From Paraspadella gotoi (Eukaryota; Animalia; Chaetognatha), in contig CM119270.1 of NCBI GenBank assembly GCA_051294375.1, positions 15,935,649 to 15,999,648 of the forward strand: a stretch of DNA of 64,000 nt. The letters run 5' to 3'. Below, piece by piece: positions 49,657 to 61,988 of this stretch (its first letter is position 1; the number at the start of each line of letters is the position of its first letter). The notes below the pieces were generated by a model, which did no database searches, was not told the origin of the DNA, and was given only the letters and a program-made list of their open reading frames with translations. A program made the translations under genes and the position numbers.

Positions 49657-50196
49657 CACTGCGGCGCAAAAAAAAGTAGCCACTTTTTATCTTTAAAAAT
49701 AATTTTAAAAAGTAAAGTTTTTTGGTTCAGGCAGCAGAATACAATAATATTTTAAATTCAGAGTCTGAAAACGGAATTGGGGAAAAAGTGATTTTTGGAA
49801 GTTAAGTTGATGATACTTTTTTTCCTAACTGATGATAAAAGATTGTTTTTCTATATAATTTCCTTATTTATTTTAATTTGATTTAAGTTAAAAATGGTTG
49901 ACACCTATCCCTACAGATATTCTATGCTGAATTTGTTTAACCAATTTCATATCATAAACATTTTATAAAAAATAAAAATCATTAACTCTTCTTGATGAAA
50001 ACTATTTTTTTCTTTTTCGATTTTTTGTACCAATCAATTTTGACGTCCTATAACTTAAAATGCTTTGCTCGATTTTGTTGAGACTTGGATCAATCGCTTT
50101 ACCTTTCAAAAAGCTTGGTTTTATGTTTTTTATATCTTTGTAATATTCAGCCATCCAATACGGATTTTTGACCACTTTTGTTTTTGTACCGCAGTG
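49657..50196. mobile_element. MITE with CACTG termini and TTA target duplication (Chapaev3/CMC-like)
   Basis: TTA|CACTGCGGCGCAAAAAAAAGTAG ... CCACTTTTGTTTTTGTACCGCAGTG|TTA, with ~25-bp imperfect TIRs. Confidence 0.75.
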
Positions 50197-50754
50197 TTAG
50201 TTTTGAAAATCCAAACTTTTATTACATTAAAAGTGTAGAGAAGAATAAAAATACGGTCACATATTACCTAGTTAAAACATATTCGCACAAAACAGTTGTT
50301 AACAAAAACCAAGAAATTAACCATTGTTAATGGTGTATCAAATATAGCTCTTCATCTCGAAGTCAAAGCGCTGGAAATTCGAACCGCATAGTATGAGCCA
50401 CCACCCGACGCGATGATGGAACGAAAAATTTTGGGGTCTGACGTAAGAAATACTTCGCTCCGGAAAAATAAAAAAAGGATGTCGTCGAGGTCAGACGAGT
50501 CGAACCCGGATATTTTATAGCCGTCAAGATCACGTGGTTGCTTCTCATAAAATAAAATTATTAAAAAAAGTATTCCAAATAAAATTGTCGACAACAAAAA
50601 AATATTTCTATTCGAAGAGACTAGAGAAAAGGATTTTCGAGAGAGAGGATGGGTTTAATATTAAAACGGACGAGGTTATCACTGCGCGCCGGGTTCCTTG
50701 GGTCGGGAGTGACCAATCCGGCGCCGAAGGGAGGGTGTCGATCGACGGAGCGAA

Positions 50755-53732
50755 CTAAACGTCGGCGGCAACCGGAGCCGTGGATATCGGCGTCTTCAGG
50801 TGCTCCTCCTCGACGGCGCCGATAGGCGTGGCGGGTTGTGTGGGCGTGGGAGCTTCGTCCATGGGCGGAGTGGGCGAGGGATCCTCTTCGTCGCTTTCGT
50901 CTTCCTCGTCGCATCCGCTGCTGTCGATCCCGCACATGGACAGCGTTGGAGACACGTTGACGGTCGTCGTTTTGGCGACGACGACGTCGCGACTCGGAGA
51001 TTCGCTCATCGTCGAACCCAGAGATTCCACGTCTGATAGGAGAAAGGGAGAGAAGTAGGAGGCGAAATTTTTTTTTTTTGGATTCAGTATGTAAACAGCA
51101 TGTAAATTATAACAGTCAATAGTCACCTTCTCCCATCTTGGCGATACGCGCGCGGCGAGCGGGAATGCTAACGATGGCGAAGTCGCTCTCCTCTTCAAGA
51201 CTTTGGCATCGAGGGACGGAGACGCCAGACTCCTTCGCCGACGACGAACGGAGAGAGCGGCGAATGCAGTCGCTGCCTAATATCAGATTCAGGGATCAAA
51301 AGGGTGAGAAGAACGGATAGGGACAGATGTAGTGTAAAGACTAAAGAGTCAACATAAATTTAAATAAATCGTTATGAAATTAGAACAACCAATATAAAAA
51401 TTATCCATTCATTTAATAAATAAGCTATCTTGCCCCTGACTTTGAACGATGAACAGGCTTTGGTGATTTAAGGCCTCCATCACTCTTACAAGATAATGAC
51501 ATAGCAGGTCCTTGCAAGCTTTCAAACAAGACTCTCAGTCTGAGGGCGAATGACGAGAGCCTCACTTACCGCAAGCCCCGCGTTCGTTTTGCGTGCTGAC
51601 AACGACGGGGCTGCCATGAGCGACTTCATGGGTCTTGGATGGGAGCGACGTGGCTCCAGCCGGATGGTGAAGCAGCGGAGTTGTCGATGGCGTCGTCGGC
51701 TGAATGTCGGCTCCCAAAGTTGGAGCTGAATAGAAGAGATAAATCGTAAACTGATAAACGAAGAGGTTTTTTCAATTAATATAATGGTGTAACTCACGAT
51801 TTCCGGAGGCGCTTCGGACGGAGGCCCGTTCACTTCCCGTGCGGGAAACCCGACGCTTGACTTTAGCGGCGGAGGCGCGTGAAGATCCGCCGGACGCGAG
51901 AGCCTCTAACGGCGCCGAGGGAACGACCGCGCCCTCTTCCGAAGATGCTACCTGATGCGTCGGCGTCGCGGGCCCGTTTAGGGCCTCGATTAAGGATATC
52001 GCTTCGTAACCTGAATCATTAAAACGAGTCGAGTTGTCAAAAACACTAACTGTTATTTGCGTACCTTCGAGCGAACTAACCCGGGGGACATCCTTCTTGA
52101 CTGATGGGGCACTCGTCCGGCGAGGGTTCGTTCGAGGTCGAGGTTTTCTTCCTCATCGCTCTGATTTGAAGCAAGGCCCGGAAAGGCGCGCGACAGATGG
52201 GGCAGTTATTCGCCTGCAACGAACGACAAGCTATTATTATCCATCAATAACTCCCATCAATAACAATAACATCAAAACACACGCTCATCAGTCTCCAATG
52301 CTTAAAGCAATAACCCCGCTCCTCAATGACGCACCTGGTATCTTAGAGAGTCGGCACAACCGTTGCAGAGGCAGAGGTGGCGACAGGGCAGGATGAGAGT
52401 GTCCCTGACGTCGCTCATGCATATGACGCATTCACTTCCGTTATCGTCGGTCTCGTCGTCGCATAGGGCGCCGATGCCACCGCCGCCGACGCCCTTGTCG
52501 ACGGCCTTCTTGTTCTCTATGCCGTAGATCTCCTGGAGGAGGTAGCAGAGGCCGTCCACCATTTGCTTTTGCTTCAGAGCCTTGATGGTGTAGCCGTCAG
52601 CGACGCGTTCCACGCATGCGAAGGTCATGTGGGAATGGCCCACGTGATCGTCGTCCTCGACGACGCACTGAGGAGAGGGCGGGAATAAATTGCAATGCTT
52701 ATCACACCTAAATGAACCTCTCATTTATTCTGCTTTATTCTACCTGAATGACTATCGGGATGACGTCCTTGTTGGGCGAAAGTTGCCAGTCCTCGTCGGG
52801 GAACCGGCCGGGCTCCAGCACATGAGAGGCTTGCACAAAGAGCTGATTAGCTCCTTTCTTGTAGCGATAGGTCTCCGAGCTCATGGTGACGTCTCGCGGC
52901 ATGTAGATGGCATGATTGGACTCGATCGTTTCCGACGCGAAGTAGAGGATGGTGATGGCGCAGCGGGCATCCGCGTCAAAGGTGAACTCAATGTTGTACC
53001 TTCGATGGGGGTAGGAGATTACATTTTTTTAAAAAATTTTACAAGCAGTAGTTAGTAAATATATGAATGTGTTTTTCTTATTTTGAATGTAATTAAAAAC
53101 TAAGTTCCCGATTTGCAAATGGAAACAAGACTTTTTACCAAGTTATTTTTCAATTGCGCTTTATGTATTTTATTTCAAAGAGCAAATGATGCTCACTTTG
53201 CTTTCGGAGGCGATTGGCCGTTGCCGCGTTGAGCAGAGGGAGCCGAGTCTTCGTCGTCTTCCGGAATCTCGACGCCAGATTTAAGGGAGACTCCGTCTAA
53301 AAATTAGGCAATTTTTGTTTCTCCTTAAAAGTAAGCACAAACTTAGTAAATCTTTTACTTCTCTAACTCACCTTTACTTGTGGCGGACCCGACCCTGTGA
53401 CTAACGGCCTCCGTTTCGCCATCGTCGTCAACGACTCGAACGAGACGGAGCGAGTCTTTGCGGATGTTGACGAGCGACTTGATGGTCTTGGTGGGTTCGT
53501 TCGACTGCGGCGCCGGGTAAGGAAAGGGCAGGGGACGGCTGCCCAAAAAGTTTAGGTCCTGGTTTTCGCCGAACAGGTAGGCTTCGGGTTGGGTCGACTC
53601 GAACCGTTCCCCGCCCATGATAAAGTAGGAGCCGAAATAACAGCCGCTCTTGGGAGGATAGCGGTAGGCGTGGCTGGGCGGAATGTCCAACTCCTCGACT
53701 CCGGCGTTCTCGCGGCTGGCGAAGGCGCCCAT
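50755..53732 (-). CDS. MGRN1: E3 ubiquitin ligase Mahogunin/RNF157, multi-exon
   Basis: N-terminal MG, YRYPPKSGCYF..FIMGGERF..PEAYLFGENQDLNFLG, YLLQEIYGIENK, RING CVICMSDVRDTLILPCRHLCLCNGCADSLRYQ, and a PSAP motif at ~51910-51921. Confidence 0.93.
51410..51541 (-). mobile_element. 5'-truncated retroposon tail in an MGRN1 intron
   Basis: Near-identical to 7201-7325 (tcatttaataaataagctatcttgcccctgacttt...ggcctccatcactcttacaagata). Confidence 0.8.
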
Positions 53733-54680
53733 GGTCGGAAAGGAGAAGCAAAGGGTTGGCGGAATCGGAGGGAGAGATTCAGAGGGAAATCATCGCCGAG
53801 GGAAGAAAGGACGATGACAAAGCCGGGAGCGAAACTAAAGGGAAGAGAAAGATTGATCGAAAATAACGAAGAAAAGATAACAATGAGGTATATAAAAACT
53901 ATCAATAACACATTTTCATGAAATGATACGTAGAAGAAGAAAAAAACTTGTAGCAAACAAAGATGAGTCTGAACAAGAAAAAAAACATTCGATCCACCCC
54001 TTCTTTTCTTGGAAAAAAAAATTAGCCCTCATAAAACAATTACACCGTCGAATACCCTTAAGAATAGCTCATCATTGGAGAGCCATTTTTCCTCCCCTAA
54101 CTTTTAAATCTGCAGACAAAGTAAAACTGAAATCGATAAAAGATTAATGAGGATGATCTCTTTGGTTTGGATTCGCTCGAATGGCGGAGTCTCAGTGAGG
54201 CGCCTGCGCTGAAGGCGTCCTCTCTCCGCCGAGGACGAGGCCGCCCAACAAAAGACAGGAACAACAACAAACAGACGACGTGCTCCTCTTTTCCTAGAAA
54301 CCGAGACAAATCGAACTTGACAGGACCAGGACAAATTGTCATTTTTATACTTCATTATGCTTTTATCTAGTCAAAAGATTTTTATAAATCAAGAAAAACG
54401 TTTCTGTGGCCTAAAAATCCGGGAACAATCTACGATCACATCATCAGTGAATATTTTTCATGGTTAAATAATTTGTTAAAAATTACATAAAAACTCATAG
54501 CTATATACGAAGGACTCCATTTGACTCCAACAGTAAAATCTTCATTTAAATTCCACGGTTACACCCGGAGGAATCGGACGTTATTCCCAACAATCACTGA
54601 AACGACGACCACGAAAGCCAAACAATCCAGACTTGACTCACAAAAGAGGACGACGACAACATGATACGGACGAACAAACA
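53733..54680. promoter_or_regulatory. Probable bidirectional promoter and 5' UTRs of MGRN1 and INPP5F
   Basis: Head-to-head start codons ~950 bp apart. Confidence 0.6.
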
Positions 54681-57600
54681 ATGGAACTTTTTATAACCGA
54701 CGCTCATTACATTGTCAAAGATGGGGAAAACAGCCTATGGTGTTGTCGCGAGTCGGGGAACTTGGAATCCAGGTCCGCCCAGTGGATCGACGGAGCTTCG
54801 AACCCGATCTGTTTGGGGACAGTGGAAGGCATCGTGGGGAGAGTGCAGTATCTGCCCGACGCGGAGTGGCGTCTGGTTCTCGTCACTCGGGCAGACTACA
54901 AGGGAGATTTGCCCGGGAACCACAGGGTAAAGAGCTTTGGTGAAAAATTTGAAGCTAAAGGGAAAAGACGATAGATTTTTTCGTATGTTTTTCTAAGGTC
55001 TTCCAAATTGCCAAGATCGCCGTGTTGCCCCTCAACGGCTTCCCGCCACCGCCTGATTTTCAATTAAACAAATGTCGGAAACATTCCCACGAAATCGAGG
55101 GAGAAAATGGGAAGATGTCATTTCCCTCGGGGGCCAGCGGTAAATCCTTGGATCCCAATTGTTATACATCACTTGGATTCCATTATAATGTAAAATCTAC
55201 AAATTTGAATTTGTTTTAACTTATAGGCTCGGCCGTCCTCAGCGCTTTCACGACATCCTCCCAAAAAGGGATCCAAGCTTTCAAAACGTTCGGAGATTCT
55301 ATCAAATCGGCGGCGGGGAATGTAAAAAACGCCGCCGGGATCTCCGGCGGCAAGCGGGAATTTCCGCGGGAGAAGTACGAGAAGAAAGTGTCCGAGGAAA
55401 TTCACCGAATGTTCGGCGCCGACGGACCCGGCGGCTTTTTTTACTCGCCCACTGGAGATTTGACCAACAGGTTTAATTCGTGTAGATTTAGATCCAGAAG
55501 GCATTAAGAAATACAAATATGTATGAATGTATTAATATGTAAAATTCCTTTAGTATTCAACATCAGCACCATCCGACCTACGACGTTAATGAACCGCTAC
55601 ATAAAAGAGTAGATAAACAATTTATATGGAACCATAAACTTTTGGAAGATCTCAATCCTGATGAGGTAAAGCGATTATAATTAGTTTTAGCAAACAAGCC
55701 GTGAGCCTTCTAAATTATTAATTAATCTAAATGTTCCTTTCAGCTATCAAACTCATCGCTTGAAACGTGGTTTACGCCGATAATTTTTGGCTTTGTTCAA
55801 ATTGATACTTGTCAAATGAATTTTCAAGAATTTTATTCTACTTATGGCTCTAATTGTGATGAATACAAAATTGCTCTCGTTTCGCGACGAAGTCGTTATC
55901 GAGCTGGTAGTATAAACGGTCTAAATTATAATAATATTAAATTAGTTGCAACTTGGATCCTCGAATAAACGCACTTTTAACAACAGGTACTCGATATAAA
56001 AGAAGAGGGATAGATCAAGAAGGACATGTAGCAAATTTCGTGGAAACTGAACAAATCATTGAGGTTGCTGGCGACCATGTAGTTTCGTTTGTTCAAACGA
56101 GAGGATCGATTCCTGTCTTTTGGAGTCAACCGGGGTGAGTCAATGAGCGATGAATGAACAAAACATTTTCATTGAATGCAACATTTTTTGTCGTAGATTC
56201 CGTTACCGGCCTCCACCGAGACTTTATAAAGACTTCGAAACTAGTCATGAAGCTTTAAAGAAACACTTTGAAAATGAAGTGCAAAAGCATGGCCACGTAA
56301 ACATCGTTTCACTAGTTGACGATTCAGGTGACCTGCCGTCAATAGCCATGGATGATGGAGCTTCATATTTACCATTATTCTTATTTTGTTGGAATGTTTT
56401 TTAACCGTAAACAGGCAAAGAAAAAATTTTGGGAGACGCTTACATTGATCATATTCTCGCGATGGATTCGCCACATTTAACCTATATTTCATTTGACTTT
56501 CACGAATACTGTCGCGGTTTAAAATTTGAAAACGTATCCGTTCTGTTGGAAAGCATCCAAGATATTCTTAAAAACATGCGTTATTCGTGGGTTGATCATA
56601 AGGTATGGTCAAAATATCTGAACGGACAATGTATTAAGTCTTTAAATAATAAAATAGTCTATTATTGGAGATTAATATCCGTCCATAAGAATCCGATTTC
56701 CATTCGCGAGATTCTGCTTCCAACAAATGTTTTATACTATCACAACCAATTCGTACGTCTCTTCATTACACATTTACAGGGACTCATCTGCGATCAGAAG
56801 AGTGTCTTCAGGATCAACTGCGTCGACTGTCTCGACAGAACCAACATCGTTCAAACCGCCATCGCAAGAAACGTGATGGAGATTCAATTTCGCAAGGTCG
56901 GTCTGCTCCCGCCGGAAGTGAGCCTTCCGTCATCATGCAGGATCAAGTACCAAGAGATTTGGGCCAATAATGGTGACGCCCTAAGCCGTCAGTACGCCGG
57001 GACCGCAGCTCTCAAGGGAGATTTCACGCGAACTGGTAATCATTTCATTTTTAGTCGATCTGATTATCAGCAAATTCCGACTCTAGAATTACAAAAAAAA
57101 AAGATGTCCGTCCGTCCCACCTTAGCATTAAACTCCAATTACTTGTGATTGGATTTCTGGATAGGAATGACATTTGTGTGTGGGCAGGAAAGTGGTTGAG
57201 ATCGCGCGAGTGGAAATAGGTTTAAATGGAAAAAAAAGTAACATTTACTTGAATCTTTTTACTTATGTGAATTCATAATTACTACTAATTAATCATAATT
57301 GGATAAATGGATTGAGATGAAATTTTGTGAGTGTGTATGTAAGTAAATAAGTGATTAAGCTGGGTATAAAGTTTCGATGGAATCGTGGCGAGTGGAAATG
57401 GGTTTAAATGGAAAAAAACAAAAGTCACATTTACTTTGAATGTTTTATTAAGTTTAAAAGTTTTTTCTATCTCTCTCAACAATCTTAGTTCTGCCCATGA
57501 CAATTGAGACTCTTTTAAATCGCGTCGAAATGAAAATGAATTGAAAACTTAGAATGTAAAGTAAGGATTTCAGAGAGAAATTTGAATTAATTGGCAACTG

Positions 57601-60600
57601 TGGCGATTCCTAAATTCGCCTCCCGTATAGCTTGGTGAAACTCAGCTGTCCCATTGGCTTGGACAGCTCTCCAACCGTGAGTTCCGGGTGTTCAATCCCT
57701 TCACGGTCACGCTGTTTAAAGTGTGATGGTGTCGGCATAAACACGCCAGTGACATGGGGTCGTCACTGCAGGTCCAAAGCCTTGAGCGCCAGCTGTCGGA
57801 GATGCCTCACACCCCAGGCATCACACATGTCCCTCTGTTGCCATACAACAACGATTTATTTTTCAAGCGCCTAACGCTAATGAAGACTTGAAATACAGTC
57901 GAAACATGTACATTTTTCTCTTAAAAATAAATCGTTGTTACCAATTAATTCTAATTTTCTCTAATAAAAACGAAAGGATTATATAAAGATTATAACGCCA
58001 AGTAATGATTTCAAAATCAAGAATTGAAAATCATAAATTAATTATGGTGGACTAAGATCTACCAACCGTTCATCAGTGACCATTGGTGCAGGAGGAAAGT
58101 CATTCGCCTCCCAACCCAAAGGTCCGGGTTCTCGCCGCGGTGGTGGTCGCCTCGCTGTTAAGAATAAGAGGGACGGGGCGCTTAACCCGCCTGTAACACG
58201 GTGTTACAACCTGATCCGAAGCTCAGGGACTTCTTATATTGAACGGTTCTTCACTAACTCATAACAATTATTACTGTCTCTTCAACAGTGAATTTATAAT
58301 AATCAAGTATTGCACCATGAATTAATGATCATGAAGTGTCTCTCGTGAATGACTATCACAAACTGATAATTGGAAAGTGATAATTTTAAATTGACTATCT
58401 TCTTTTATGAATTAATTTTAAAATAACTTTTGCTTGCAGGATCACGATACTTTAAATCTTTGCCGAATGGCTGATTGTTAATTGCTTTAGCGATTCTCTA
58501 TACCCATAAAAAAATTTTCTGGTTACCTAACTTTTCTTTTTTATTACTAAGATAATAATTTTTCTAAAAAATTAACTTTTATAAAAAAAATGCTTTTTTG
58601 TCAGCACCCACCTCATCTTCCCTTATATATGAAATAATAATTTTTTGTCTGTTTTAAAACCAGATAGCTCTACAAATAAAGTAAAATATTGGTAAATATA
58701 ATAATAATCATTTTATTTCAAGTAAAGATTAACAAGTTTAAAAAAATTTGCAAACAAAAAAAAATATTAAGAATATTATTTTTATTAACAAAATAATTTT
58801 TCAAATTATAAAATATTATTAATGCCAGAATAACCATTCAGTTTAAAAGCGATTTGCATGTATTTGCTCAGCTACTGGTTGATTGATCAATTGATTTATA
58901 AAATTTGTTAGTCTGTTATGATTTGTTATGTTATGATCTGTTAAAATTACTAATTGAAAGAATTAATGTGACCGATTAGCTGGTTACCACTAAATTATTG
59001 TAGGCAGATCCGACATTGTTTGTTCAAACTTGTTTAAAGCTCTTTTCGAATCCAACACGTTTTACATTTTTAGGGGAACGGAGATTCGCCGGGCTAATGA
59101 AGGACGGCTACAACTCAGCAAGCCGATATTACTTGAACCAATTTAAAGATGCATACCGCCAACTAGCCATAGATATATTGTCTGGTCAGCCGATATCGGA
59201 CGATCTCAATGCCTTGACGGCAATGATATCAGGGAACCGAAGCGAGGTATGAAACAAGATTACTATAGTGTTTGACAAAAAATTTAAATACACTCGTATG
59301 CAAAAAAACAAAAAATCGAGCCACTTTATAACTTTAAATTTTTTTTATTTTAAATTTATTATAAAGAATACAAAATATTGTTTAAAAAAAAAAAATTAAA
59401 TTAATCACATTGTTTCAAGTTCAGCTCTGAAATGGATGTCCCGATTTTCATAAAATTTTTATCAAATTTTTTTTAATAAATTTTAATTTATTTTTAATTT
59501 TTTTTAAAAATGATTTTAAAAAGATATAAATAGCGCGAATTTTTTAAATATAACTGTATTTTGCACTATGTTGAAAAATAAAGTCGTTCTTAGGAACAAA
59601 TAAAAAAGTATGTGAAGAAAAATCTGGTCTTAATTCTTATAATCTAAAAAATATATATTATTAAAAAATATATTATTACAAATATATAATATTAACTATA
59701 CTGAATAATATCAAAAAATCGTTTCATTTTAAAATATATATAAATTTTAATCATTATATTAAAAGCTACGAAAGTCGCTGTCACTGGCGAATGTTTTTAT
59801 TTGTTTTTATTTTCCTACTTGGTATCTACTTGAACAACTTTCTAACTATGTTAAAACACCAGGTCGATGGCGATAAAGGGTCTTGCGACGAAGAGATGAC
59901 AGAGGAGTGTGTCAAGCTGTTGATCGACAGCTGCAGAAAAGACCTACTCCCGCCCGACGAGTACTGCCTCGGCGGGTGGGCGTTGATCGACGCCGGAGCA
60001 GATGATGCTGACGACCTTCAGACTGACATGGATATAGTCTTGCTTCTCAGTCAAGCCGCTTTCTACGTGGCCAGCTACGACGACGAAGATGACAAGGTTC
60101 GAATGAATGGTTTCGAAAAGAACTCATCCCGAACCGTTACTATGTTGACAAAAAAATTAAAACCGCTACAATACCCACTTTAAAAGATAACTCATTTTCA
60201 ACGGATACCATTGGATCGCTTGGATCGGATCGAAGTCGGCCTTCTCCCGGAAAAAACATCCTTGTTGCAAATCGGCGGCGGTCGATTGTCTCACGGTTCC
60301 GGCGGAAGAACGCCATTGCCCTGCATACGCTTACATTTTCGTGATCTCTACGGAAAGGCGGGATATTCTCATCTTTTCAGAGCCGCTGGTACGGAAAATT
60401 TGGATTAAATAGTGATCAATCATAGTTCATCCATTAAACCGATCAATCAGGTTTGCGCTTTTTCAACAACATGGCGGTTCGAATTCACACGGCGGAAGAG
60501 TCCACCGAAGCGCTCAAGGCCGTTTACGAGTCGTTTGCGGCAGCAACAAACCTTCATGGCTTCGGTATGACTTGTTCTCTTAAATCACAAAACACAACGA

Positions 60601-61988
60601 AAAGAGAGATTTAATACGATGACTTGTTCTCTCAAATTTCCTTTAAAAATTTAACAAGGAGATCATTCTCAGATTTGCCGCTGATCGAAGTTAACGGAAG
60701 ACTAAACAAGCACAAGTCGCACACCCAAAAGCACATTCAAGAATTGACGACGAAACTGTGCCTGACCGCGGCAGAGGCGTCCGGAGCGACATTGCCCAAA
60801 AACTTCGCGATATCGCCCGGGGAGGCTTTTATGTCCGGGAAGATGGATGGGTAAGGATTAAGGCATATCAAGAAGGAATATTTTTTAGCATTTAACGAGA
60901 TTGATTACTTTTTTACAGACAACCTGAGAAAAACTATAAAAATCTTTTACCTGGCAACGTTGGGTCAAAATTAACGTCCAAACTCAGTCCGTCAAGCACA
61001 TCGGAATTTGGACACAAAATCGCAGGTAAACTGGCGAAAATTATGCCATGAAAACTTTTCTTCAGCATCATTCTGATAATTTAGACGTAGGAAGAGGAAT
61101 GAACAAACTGGTGTCTACCTTGAATCCTCTGAAGCTAAGCCCAAGCACCTTAAGAAAAAAAGATGTGGAGAAAAATCCACCCGATGCCTTCATGCCGATA
61201 CAAGGTAAATAAGATATAGATCGAGTTTCAACACATTGATTACAAATTAAATATAAGACCTTCTTTTAAGAACCTTCGAACTGGGAAAATGGAAGCAGTA
61301 TAGCTTGCTCCGCGCCTCATAATAATGTGGACCAATATTCAAACGTAATTTGCGAAACAAATGCTTTCGGAAATAGTCGAAGCTGCAAAGGTAATTTGAA
61401 GTTTGTTTCTTAGGACGTCAACTATCTACCTTCTTTGAACGTGACGAACTCTGCCGGAACCGACACGGGTTTTCCCGAGGAACAAACAGCGTTCTCGCGT
61501 ATGAAACAAAGCTTTTCTGAGACTTCGTTGGGTGGAATCGCCAGTGCCACTCTGGGGTCCTTACTTGACCCCAACGCGGTCTCTTTTCACGCCAGTACTG
61601 GTAATGTCGGCATTCGTGAGATTTTCATTCAGATAATAAGTATCTCCTGTGATGATACCTAAAATGAACTACTCTCGAAATTTAGGAGAGATTGCCATGA
61701 GCGAAAACGAGTCCTCGCCACAACCGCAGATCGCGTACCATCAAGTCGGAGAGGCGAGAGGAACTTTCCTCAAGAACCTTCCCATTCCTAAACTTCCAGC
61801 GGGAACGTGCGTAGACAAATTTGGTAGAAGTAATATTTTTCGTAGTAAAATATTTATCTCTTGAAAAAATCTATAGGATAAAGCTCACGCTGTCACCTGG
61901 CACTCCACAACGGGCAGTGGAAACGGAACGAGAACTGGCCATAATAAACAAAATTCAAAAATCTCAGAGCAGAGTGCTTCGGTTATAA
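54681..61988 (+). CDS. INPP5F: Phosphoinositide phosphatase SAC2, multi-exon
   Basis: [60 protein letters not shown], catalytic [38 protein letters not shown], hSac2 region GLRFFNN, and C-terminus [12 protein letters not shown]. Confidence 0.95.
57085..57500 (+). mobile_element. HINE-like fragment in an INPP5F intron with an internal ~60-bp direct duplication
   Basis: aaaaaagatgtccgtccgtc..caattact..tttgtgtgtggg..gtggt resembles 2640-2775. gagtggaaat(a/g)ggtttaaatggaaaaaa occurs at ~57208 and ~57390. Confidence 0.5.
57618..57852 (+). mobile_element. SINE-like repeat with a B-box-like head and (ACA)n tail
   Basis: B-box-like gggtgttcaatccc, a 3' half related to 40550-40793, and the ending tgttgccatacaacaac. 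Confidence 0.65.
57873..57914 (+). ncRNA. Degenerate minimal hammerhead motif
   Basis: aacg-CTAATGA-A-GACT-tgaaatac-AGTC-GAAAC-at-GTA-catt. One core change (CTGATGA>CTAATGA) and a palindromic ACATGT stem III. Confidence 0.5.
58040..58284 (+). mobile_element. Interspersed repeat containing a tRNA-derived segment (copy 2)
   Basis: Reverse complement of 20193-20455. Confidence 0.8.

Noticed and set aside
58076-58150. tRNA-Gly gene
   Set aside because: The cloverleaf is degenerate and the segment is embedded in a larger repeat present twice in the window.
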